Under the pieces are notes generated by a model, which was not told the DNA's origin, searched no databases, and saw only the letters and a program-made list of their open reading frames with translations. Positions 55,284 through 62,476 of a DNA stretch of 64,000 nt are shown here, in pieces. Position 1 is the stretch's first letter; the number at the start of each line of letters is the position of its first letter. The DNA comes from a virus, in IMG/VR virus record IMGVR_UViG_3300009509_000001, positions 32,001-96,000 of that record; one strand, written 5' to 3'. The position numbers and the translations under genes were made by a program.

Positions 55284-55540
55284 TACATCTTAACCCTGTG
55301 TGTTACGATTCCGACCTTCTTGACGACGGTGATGCCGCGCGCCGACTTCATCTCGCAGTAAGAGGAGTCCAGCGCCTGGCTGCTGCAGCCGCGGCCCACG
55401 ATGTAGCCGCAGGCCGTGCAGACTTCGACCATGGCGGTGCCGTCGCACCCACTGCACTTGCGCGTCCGCTTCTTCGGGTCGCGGCCCGTGCCGTTGCAGT
55501 CCGGGCAAATGCCCTTCTTCGTATCGAGCCGACCGATCAT
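55283..55540 (-). CDS. Zn-finger protein (DnaJ-type CxxCxGxG)
   Basis: CPDCNGTG...CSGCDGT...CTACG. Confidence 0.6.
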   Translation of the reverse strand: MIGRLDTKKGICPDCNGTGRDPKKRTRKCSGCDGTAMVEVCTACGYIVGRGCSSQALDSSYCEMKSARGITVVKKVGIVTHRVKM

Positions 55541-55914
55541 GGCTGCTCCTTGTACCATTTATCGTAGTATTTGTCGTCGCTTCCCAGAACCCGTCCGGCA
55601 TACTTCCGCATGTTGACCTTGCAGTTCTTGCACGTCACGTCGTCGATTACTTTGGTCTTGTCGTACCCTGTATGCTCTCGGGCGAAACCGCATTGGTGTA
55701 CGCCGTCGTAATGAACTTTCAGCGCTTTCAGCGCTTTCACGGCAACCGGCTTCTTACGGGATGCCTTCTCGCGCTCCGCCCGCTTCTTCTCTTTGTACTC
55801 ACGCGTCTTCACCATCTGCCTGAGTGTGCTGCAGAAGGAGCTGCATGTCTTCTGGTTGGCCCTATGTGCGTAATACGGTTTACCGCACATGCGGCATATA
55901 CGGCGTTTCTTCAT
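55537..55914 (-). CDS. Basic Zn-finger protein
   Basis: CRMCGKPY...CSSFC; HQC...CKNC. Confidence 0.6.
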   Translation of the reverse strand: MKKRRICRMCGKPYYAHRANQKTCSSFCSTLRQMVKTREYKEKKRAEREKASRKKPVAVKALKALKVHYDGVHQCGFAREHTGYDKTKVIDDVTCKNCKVNMRKYAGRVLGSDDKYYDKWYKEQP

Positions 55915-56201
55915 AATACCGGCTGCTCCTCCGTGATACGCGGCTGTCTGGTAAATCCGATGTGGTAGACTATGTGCTGGAGCACTACCTGGTGCTCGCC
56001 CATCTGGTACACGGCGAAGCCTTTCTCCTGCCCGATCAGCTTGCCCCTTGGGGACGACCGGTTGATGAGGAAGTTCACCTTGTCCATCGCCTTTCGGATC
56101 TCCTCTTCCGTCTTGATCCTGCTTGGATCGGTGTTACCCACGACGACCCGCTCTACGTGTCGGATCGCCGTGAGATCGAATGGTTTGTCGTCGTGCGACA
56201 T
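55911..56201 (-). CDS. Conserved-looking hypothetical protein
   Basis: 96 aa; coupled to the DUF2589 gene; R.VVG..DP...GEHQVVLQ...YHIGF.R.P. Confidence 0.7.
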   Translation of the reverse strand: MSHDDKPFDLTAIRHVERVVVGNTDPSRIKTEEEIRKAMDKVNFLINRSSPRGKLIGQEKGFAVYQMGEHQVVLQHIVYHIGFTRQPRITEEQPVL

Positions 56202-56836
56202 CAGGGCGTTGTTGCCGGGGTTGGGCTGATGGCGTCGTTCATCATGTCGAGAACGCGGGCCAATCCTTCAGGCATGCCGCTGTCCGACGCACTGACCGTG
56301 ACGTCGTACTTGGCGCTGTTGTCGCTCTTGCGCGTGTGCGCCGAGTGCGACGAGGTCTTGCCATGCACCTTGACCGTGGCCTTGAACGGACCCCAGCCGA
56401 CACTGGCGCTGCCTTCGAAGCCGGCTTCGCTGTCGCTGGCCTCGGTGTCCTCGGTACTGGAGTTGACGCTCATGGTGAAGGCGATGTCCACCTTGTCGAC
56501 CTTGAGGGACGGCATGGGGATGATGGCCAGCAGCGGTACGTCGATCTCCACGTTCTTCGGGGTGATCTTGGAAACCGTCTTGGTCTTGTCGGCCGGGTCC
56601 TCCACCTGTTCAAGGATGTTCTGCATGTAGCCGAACTTCACCATGTTGGCGACCTTGATCGTCTTGGTCTTGTCGGCCGGGTCCTCCACTTCCTGGAATC
56701 CGGTCTTCAGAATGAAATCCGCGTTCGCACTGATCATCTGCGCGTTCGCCTTGGCTGCGGCCTGCAAAGGGCCGCCGATCAGGGAATCCATCGGCAGGTT
56801 GCCGAATTGTTTACCCATGTCTACGAGTCCAGGCAT
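56201..56836 (-). CDS. DUF2589 family protein
   Basis: QFGNLPMDSLIGGPLQAAA...VPLLAIIPMPSL...GWGPF...TRKSDNSAKYDV.V.A...GMPEGLARVLD; GGAGGT SD. Confidence 0.8.
   Translation of the reverse strand: MPGLVDMGKQFGNLPMDSLIGGPLQAAAKANAQMISANADFILKTGFQEVEDPADKTKTIKVANMVKFGYMQNILEQVEDPADKTKTVSKITPKNVEIDVPLLAIIPMPSLKVDKVDIAFTMSVNSSTEDTEASDSEAGFEGSASVGWGPFKATVKVHGKTSSHSAHTRKSDNSAKYDVTVSASDSGMPEGLARVLDMMNDAISPTPATTP
56576..56689. repeat. 30-nt exact direct repeat inside the DUF2589 gene (VEDPADKTKT x2)
   Basis: CGTCTTGGTCTTGTCGGCCGGGTCCTCCAC at 56576-56605 and 56660-56689. Confidence 0.9.
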
Positions 56837-56997
56837 CTGGTACCTCCGTTTGTTTGTTCTTGTTGCCCTTTGTGTTAATGAAAATGGTAGCCCCGGTTTC
56901 CTGATCGCGCTGTCAACGAGCCCCTTCCGGCTGAGGCTTTAACGGCTCCCACGCGATCAGTGCCGGCTGCCCGGCAAGGCACAAGGGCACTACCTGA

Positions 56998-57149
56998 TGG
57001 CCAGGAAGGCGGGACTTGAACCCGCATAAGGATGCATCCACACCGACGGTCGGAACGCGAACGCGCTGACTACGCGCTCCAACCAAGCTACCCGGCCGAG
57101 CCGGGTCACTGCCAGTTGTGTCGGTGGCCTACCGTTCGGCCACTCCCTG
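56998..57149 (-). ncRNA. tRNA-like RNA 1 (152 nt), anticodon loop replaced by a ~72-nt insert
   Basis: Acceptor CAGGGAG/CTTCCTG, G73, CCA; D arm GCC-GAACGGTA-GGC; stem CACCGAC/GTCGGTG; variable hairpin GGATGCATCC; T arm GCGGG-TTCAAGT-CCCGC. Confidence 0.7.
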
Positions 57150-57238
57150 GAATGCCTCTGACCCATACGCCGGTCTAAGGCGGTAGCGACGTCCGTAGAG
57201 CCCGTGCGCTCCTTGGCTACTTCTGTAAGGCACGGTGT

Positions 57239-57336
57239 TGGTGAAGAGTGACGGATTTGAACCGCCTTCAAGTGCGTCCTGCCCAACGGCCGAAGCCGTG
57301 CTCCGCTCTTGCTTTACCGACATAAGATAACCCTTC
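57239..57336 (-). ncRNA. tRNA-like RNA 2 (98 nt), anticodon loop replaced by a 27-nt UUCG-hairpin insert
   Basis: Acceptor GAAGGGT/ACTCTTC, A73, CCA; D arm CTT-ATGTCGGTA-AAG; stem AAGAGCG/CGCACTT (one mismatch); T arm GGCGG-TTCAAAT-CCGTC. Confidence 0.65.
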
Positions 57337-57411
57337 AATAAATGCCGACCCCTTACCACCATCATGTGTCAGGTAGTGCGCGGGTCGGCGCAATCAATGG
57401 AGGCAAGGTAC

Positions 57412-57663
57412 TCAAGTGAACCCGGAAGGGTACTGCTGCCATTTTATCGGCGGCCCCGAAAACAGGGCCATACCCTCCTCCAAACAGCCCGCTATGTCCA
57501 CCTCCAGGACGGGGGCCTGAGTTCCACAGGCGATGAGCAGACATGGCACGTCGGCGCTACCGAAGTCGCAGTGCGCCGGGTGGTTGTGGCCGCCCCTGCA
57601 TAGGACGTGATGCTTCACTGGCTGTACGGTGATCAAACCCGCCGCGAGCAAAGTCATCAACAT
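57412..57663 (-). CDS. Small Cys/His-rich hypothetical protein
   Basis: Start at MLMTLL with a perfect AGGAGGT SD; 83 aa. Confidence 0.5.
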   Translation of the reverse strand: MLMTLLAAGLITVQPVKHHVLCRGGHNHPAHCDFGSADVPCLLIACGTQAPVLEVDIAGCLEEGMALFSGPPIKWQQYPSGFT

Positions 57664-57825
57664 GGCTGCACCTCCTGTGTTGAAATCTAAAGGGCACTTC
57701 CCTCCCTCCCCTTCGTGAGCCACGTTCGCTCCGTCCAGTTCGGGAGGTGCCGGCGACCCGGCAAGGCAAGAACCCGCCTGCGGGAGCGCGGCGGCGATGC
57801 GCCGTCAATCACGCTCCATGCTTTA

Positions 57826-57854
57826 TCTATAACGGGAGTTTGCCGCTAAGTCAA
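57826..57854 (-). promoter_or_regulatory. Sigma70-like promoter for the small ORF/tRNA-like/DUF2589 unit
   Basis: TTGACT-17 nt-TATAGA. Confidence 0.7.
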
Positions 57855-57871
57855 GGCAACTTGGAAATTAC

Positions 57872-57904
57872 TCAGTGGATAATCAGTGGATAATCAGTGG
57901 CTAA
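57872..57904. repeat. Three tandem 11-bp repeats resembling DnaA boxes
   Basis: TCAGTGGATAA x2 plus TCAGTGGCTAA; the minus strand reads TTATCCACT. Confidence 0.85.
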
Positions 57905-57910
57905 CTTAAA

Positions 57911-58219
57911 TTACCAGGAAGTATTCTGCGGATGGTGCACGGCCTCGGGCGGCGTGTCGTCGAAGAGTATGCGGTGCGGCTGCACGTCGAAGATGATGCG
58001 GTACTGGATGCCGGCCCGCTCCATGTCGGCCAGGATCGTGCGCTTCGTGTTCTCGATGCTCCAGGGCTTGCCGTGGTCGTGCAGGCCGCGCATGGTGATG
58101 AGTATGATGTCATGGCCCTCGTCGTGAACGCGCTGCAGCCGCTCGAAGGCGCCGGGCAGCCACTCGCCCGTGTGGTAGTTCACGAGCGTTCCGTCAATGT
58201 CGTAGATGTGCGTGCTCAT
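57911..58219 (-). CDS. HAD-superfamily hydrolase (short phosphatase-like)
   Basis: Start at MSTHIYDIDGTL (DxDGT motif I), LITMRG (motif II), ILFDD. Confidence 0.75.
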   Translation of the reverse strand: MSTHIYDIDGTLVNYHTGEWLPGAFERLQRVHDEGHDIILITMRGLHDHGKPWSIENTKRTILADMERAGIQYRIIFDVQPHRILFDDTPPEAVHHPQNTSW

Positions 58220-58497
58220 CGTATGAACCCATAGGCTATGAGTCCGGCGCTCAGGCCGACGATGATCCAGAAGCACCAGGCCATGACCTTGGCCCTGCGG
58301 GCGGACACCTTATGCTGCGGCGTCCAGTTGTTGGCGTCGGCGATTCGCCGCGCTTCGGCCTTGGCTTCCTTGTACGCTTCCTTCTTCTGGCGCTTGTGCC
58401 GCTCGGCCAGCTTGCGCTTGTTGGTCGTACGGTGGCTGTTGTGCTTGCGGTTCCAGTTGAGGGTCCTGCTGCGCTCCTGGTTGTTCACATAGCTCAT
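58216..58497 (-). CDS. Basic protein with C-terminal TM helix
   Basis: K/R-rich, ending VMAWCFWIIVGLSAGLIAYGFI. Confidence 0.65.
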   Translation of the reverse strand: MSYVNNQERSRTLNWNRKHNSHRTTNKRKLAERHKRQKKEAYKEAKAEARRIADANNWTPQHKVSARRAKVMAWCFWIIVGLSAGLIAYGFIR

Positions 58498-58736
58498 GGG
58501 ATCGTGTACTCCATCACTTCGTTGAAATCCTTGATGGCGGCCTGGGCGTTCGGATGCGGATCGGTGCCGGCGCCACGCTGGTTGCCGTTGATGAAGAACT
58601 GCCAGCGCCAGAAACTGTCATGTCCCTTGGTGGCGGCCCCGCCCGTGTAGGGCTCGGTCGGTTTTCCGCAATGCTCCTTCATGCCGGGGCCGCGGCCGCC
58701 GCACTCGGTGCATACCATCATCAGTCGTTGCGTCAT
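58494..58736 (-). CDS. Small Zn-finger-like protein
   Basis: CTECG...HCG; AGGAGG SD. Confidence 0.6.
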   Translation of the reverse strand: MTQRLMMVCTECGGRGPGMKEHCGKPTEPYTGGAATKGHDSFWRWQFFINGNQRGAGTDPHPNAQAAIKDFNEVMEYTIP

Positions 58737-58746
58737 GTCATCCTCC

Positions 58747-60267
58747 TTATAGTCTTACCCACCAGACGTAGTCGTCTTCCAGGTGAAGTTCCAATTTGGC
58801 CGTGGCCACGAACTCGTCGACGGCCTGCTTCACCTGTGGTCCGAAGGTCGTGCCGTTGCGCGTCGGGTGGTTGTAGTCGTGGCCCGCCAGTATCCCGCCG
58901 GACTTCACGCGGTTTCGCCACATTGAAATGTCCTTGGACACCGCCTTGTAGCTGTGGTCCGCATCCAGGAACACCAGGTCGAACAGGCTGCCCGGCGTGT
59001 TCCTGTACGCCTGTTCGCTCGTGGCCTTTCGCACACGGATGCGCTTACCATACGGGTACAGCGCCCACATGGCGTCCAGCATGTTTAGTCGATGCCGCTT
59101 GTCGTCCTGGTTGGCGATGTAGTCGCCGGTCGCCGCATACTCGCTGCCCGTCGGCGGCGGCGCCCAGACGTCGACCGCCAGTATGTTGGCGGATGGAATG
59201 GCTGCGGCCAGGTAGGCCGTCGTCTCGCCGCGGTAGACGCCGATCTCGGCGATGCGTGGATTGGCGATCCCATCAAGAAGCCGGTGGAGTACACGGGCAC
59301 GCCCATACGGCGCACGCGGCTCCGGCCGCTCATCATAGCGGGCCAGCTTTATCGGCATCTTCTCGAAGTGCTCCCACTGGCCACTGAAGCCGCTAGTGTC
59401 CTTACGTAGCCACGTAGTGGTGAGTTCGCTTCGATCACTGATCGTCGTGTAGCCACGGATGGCTATGTGCGGAACACCGTCACGAAAAGCCACGACCCAC
59501 CACCATTCCATGCGGCTGCAGCCCTGACCAATGGTTCCGTCTGCCCGAAGCTCGATGTCCCTGGAGTCGTGGCCCACGCGTTCATACTTGTAGAATCCGG
59601 CGAACTCCTGATAAAGCTCGTAATCCTCGAACGGCATGTCCAGGTGATGGCTCTCGGCAAGCTGGTCGCCGGCACTCTGCAATGACCGCCACTTGTGGGC
59701 GCCGATCACGGGGATGCCGGCCTCGATGGATTCCCGCGCCGTCACCAGCCAGTTGAACACCCGTGGCAAATATGATACCTCGACGTCCATAATCCCGACG
59801 GCCATGTTCAATGCCGTCTGCTCCATGAACGGACTTGCGTCCAGTATGACGTCCTCGGTGAGCCGCCGGGCCACCCGCAGATAGTCGGCGTGCCCTCTGT
59901 TCATGATCATGAGACCTGCGTTGAAGTAGTTGGCCGACGTGGCGCCAAACTTCTCCATGCATTCGTCGATGACATGGGCGGCGTAGTTGACGTCCCTTAC
60001 CACCTGGAGCTTGCCGTCAATAACCTCCGCCGGGTTCCATTGTCGGCAGAACAGGATGTCAGCGTCGAAGTAGATCACTGTGTCGGCGTCCACGTAGTCG
60101 AACGCATACGTGCGCATGAGCGACGGGTTCAAGCATCCGCTGTCCTCGTACTCACGGTCACCGAGGATCGTCACGGGCAGGCCCGTACAAAGCTCGAAGC
60201 GCCGTGCCGCTTCCTGCGCCAGCGGCAAGTGTCCGCCGGTTCCTACAGTCAGTCCGATCATATTCAT
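58747..60267 (-). CDS. GT8-like glycosyltransferase fused to a class I SAM methyltransferase (Methyltransf_24-like)
   Basis: YFDADILF (DxD), YFNAGLMIMN; C-terminal IAEIGVYRG, VFLDADHSY, GGILAGHDY. Confidence 0.8.
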   Translation of the reverse strand: MNMIGLTVGTGGHLPLAQEAARRFELCTGLPVTILGDREYEDSGCLNPSLMRTYAFDYVDADTVIYFDADILFCRQWNPAEVIDGKLQVVRDVNYAAHVIDECMEKFGATSANYFNAGLMIMNRGHADYLRVARRLTEDVILDASPFMEQTALNMAVGIMDVEVSYLPRVFNWLVTARESIEAGIPVIGAHKWRSLQSAGDQLAESHHLDMPFEDYELYQEFAGFYKYERVGHDSRDIELRADGTIGQGCSRMEWWWVVAFRDGVPHIAIRGYTTISDRSELTTTWLRKDTSGFSGQWEHFEKMPIKLARYDERPEPRAPYGRARVLHRLLDGIANPRIAEIGVYRGETTAYLAAAIPSANILAVDVWAPPPTGSEYAATGDYIANQDDKRHRLNMLDAMWALYPYGKRIRVRKATSEQAYRNTPGSLFDLVFLDADHSYKAVSKDISMWRNRVKSGGILAGHDYNHPTRNGTTFGPQVKQAVDEFVATAKLELHLEDDYVWWVRL

Positions 60268-62474
60268 CGCAAGCGCTCCCTGCCTTCGTCCCAGTCACGT
60301 ATCTTCAGCGACCAGCCTGGGTCGGGCCACCAACGGTGATCACGGCCGCTCGGATTGAACTCATGGCCGCCGCCGTAGGGTATGGTGAACTTCTCGCCTC
60401 CCGGTGCTCCGCCCCATTTCATGCGGTAATGCGTAGCGTTCCAGTTGCCGAAGGTGTTACGGTTATGCTTGGCATATACCGGGTCGCTGCCGACGGTCCG
60501 GCTTCCGCCGCCACTCTCGATGTCCACCGCGCCTATCTCCATGGGCGCGTCCATGGTCGTCTCCGTACCCGCATTGCATCTGGGCAGGTGGTAGTATTTG
60601 GCCCCAGCCAGTTCGCAACGCCTGACGAAGTCGTTGTCCTCGAAATAGGCCGGGTAAAAGTTCTCGTCGAACCAGCCGACCTTGTGTATGAACGACGTAT
60701 GAAGTCTGAAGGCGTTGAAGCCGCCGAGCATCCACAATACATCGTCGGGGCCGCACGGAACCTGCTCCTCCATATACGCGAGTGTCCCGGGCAGCAGCCG
60801 GGTATCGTTCGAGCTTATGGTTATGCGGTCGTACCCAAGTGACATTCCATGCATGACGATCCTATTCCAGGAAGCGGCCACACCGAGATTGTACCTGGGT
60901 GAATACAGATCGAACTTCAGTTCCCTGGACATGGCCTTCAGCCTGTCGTTGAATTCCTGATCGTAAGTGTTGTTGTTGACTACGAATATATCGGCCGGGT
61001 AGTCGATGGATCGTACGCACTGTTCAAGAAGGTCGATCCGGTTGAGTACCGGTATTCCCACGAACACGCGGCCACTTCCCCCGCCATGGGCCGCCGGGGC
61101 ACTGATCATACGCTCCTCCACTCTACGGCATACGCACAGGAAGGACCAATCTTCCTGCACAGGTTCACATTTGATTACCTCGAATCCACCTATAAGCCTT
61201 ATAACACGGCAAAAGCTGTCCATAGTGAATGAATGCTCATGCGTAGGATCGAGGTTAATGGTTCGGTTGCCTCCACGGCGCAAGCCGTCTTCATCGGGAA
61301 CCACTACGGCCATATGCCCGCCTGTCTTCAGCACACGCTTCCATTCCTGGAGCGTCTTCACGTAGTCTACGTAATGCTCGATGTTGTGTCTGGCTACAAC
61401 GAAGTCCAGTTCCCCGTCCGCAAACATATGTAGATCATCTCCGCTGGCCTGTATATCGGCCTGGCTGGGCTGTCCCGCAGTACAGCCGACGGAACCCCGC
61501 TGGCCGGCAGCTACAAGGTCAACGCCTATACAGTTTGCCGATGACTTTCGATGCCCACACCCGACATCAACTCCTTTACCTTTCAGGCAGTATGGGAGTA
61601 CAGCGAGCCGCTCCGGGTGCATGGCCTCGCCGCCATTCGGCGGAGGGTACAGCATCTGCGCGTATTTACCCTGATCCTCCTGAACTGTGCGGGGCAACGC
61701 CTCGTCCACAGGAACGGCTGTATACCGGTGACGGCGTCCAAACAGATCATCGCCGGTTTCCAGGCACCTTATTATGTGTTCCGGGTTGAGTGCTATCCCA
61801 GCGTGCTCGGTATGCGCGTAGGCCATAAGCTTAGCACATATGGCATCAATGCCTCCCTGGAAGCTATAATGCCACCCGGCCGGGCAATCCAATAAATATG
61901 TGTGCACTCCGCGTTTACGCATGACATCACCGTTAAGGTCCGTTCCACGCATGCCCTCCTCATGTGTGAATATAGTCCCTGCACACCACAAACCTTCCTC
62001 AGCCTGCAGGTAGTTCAGGAAATAGTAATAAGTTCGCGTCGGTACGCGACACTGGTTCTTGGCAGGGTCGAATACCTCGTAAGCCGACGAATGCGGGATC
62101 TCGTCAAGATCGAATACGCCGATGACGTCACGTGGCTCAGAGTGAGGCTGCTCGTGTAGGCATGTGACGTGACAGTCATAGTAGCCCGAAGCCCCCTGGC
62201 TCGTCGTGCTTCGCTGGAAGTTCTCGCGGAACCAGACGCCACCAATCTCCGTAAGGTCGACCATTATGTACTTGATCTTATGATGCCATGGCTTGAAGCG
62301 GTCCCAATTATCCTTCAGGTACAAAGGCTTGTCGGGTCCTGCATGCGCTTGGTTGGCCTCAGCTATGACGAACACGTCGACGATCTCATCCAGTTCTCGT
62401 AGGCGCAGCTCCAATAGATCCAACTCGTTGAAAAAGGTTACACAATCATATACACGGCGTCCGTCTTTTCGCAT
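60264..62474 (-). CDS. Three-domain fusion: GT17-like, SAM methyltransferase, GT2-like
   Basis: YDCVTFFNELDLLELRL...DLDEIP...GWHYSF; GVDVGCG...WKRVLKTGG; GIPVLNR...GWFDENFYPAYFEDNDF. Confidence 0.8.
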   Translation of the reverse strand: MRKDGRRVYDCVTFFNELDLLELRLRELDEIVDVFVIAEANQAHAGPDKPLYLKDNWDRFKPWHHKIKYIMVDLTEIGGVWFRENFQRSTTSQGASGYYDCHVTCLHEQPHSEPRDVIGVFDLDEIPHSSAYEVFDPAKNQCRVPTRTYYYFLNYLQAEEGLWCAGTIFTHEEGMRGTDLNGDVMRKRGVHTYLLDCPAGWHYSFQGGIDAICAKLMAYAHTEHAGIALNPEHIIRCLETGDDLFGRRHRYTAVPVDEALPRTVQEDQGKYAQMLYPPPNGGEAMHPERLAVLPYCLKGKGVDVGCGHRKSSANCIGVDLVAAGQRGSVGCTAGQPSQADIQASGDDLHMFADGELDFVVARHNIEHYVDYVKTLQEWKRVLKTGGHMAVVVPDEDGLRRGGNRTINLDPTHEHSFTMDSFCRVIRLIGGFEVIKCEPVQEDWSFLCVCRRVEERMISAPAAHGGGSGRVFVGIPVLNRIDLLEQCVRSIDYPADIFVVNNNTYDQEFNDRLKAMSRELKFDLYSPRYNLGVAASWNRIVMHGMSLGYDRITISSNDTRLLPGTLAYMEEQVPCGPDDVLWMLGGFNAFRLHTSFIHKVGWFDENFYPAYFEDNDFVRRCELAGAKYYHLPRCNAGTETTMDAPMEIGAVDIESGGGSRTVGSDPVYAKHNRNTFGNWNATHYRMKWGGAPGGEKFTIPYGGGHEFNPSGRDHRWWPDPGWSLKIRDWDEGRERLR

Positions 62475-62476
62475 AA

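Noticed and set aside
56901-56960. SRP RNA or c-di-GMP riboswitch (CCGGAAGG and AAAGCCTC submotifs)
   Set aside because: Only short words match, and the required surrounding helices are absent. Kept only as an unclassified structured leader.
57150-57238. Possible third tRNA-like element between RNAs 1 and 2 (GTGCCT/AGGCAT stem, TAGCCAAGG)
   Set aside because: It has no TTC T-loop and no CCA, so it cannot be supported beyond a generic stem.
56998-57336. Calling these standard tRNAs (Leu-CAA, Asp-GTC or Arg-CCG readings) or group I intron tRNAs
   Set aside because: Each reading needs a non-canonical base 33 or a mismatched stem; inserts of 72 and 27 nt are far too short for group I introns; no bulge-helix-bulge is seen.
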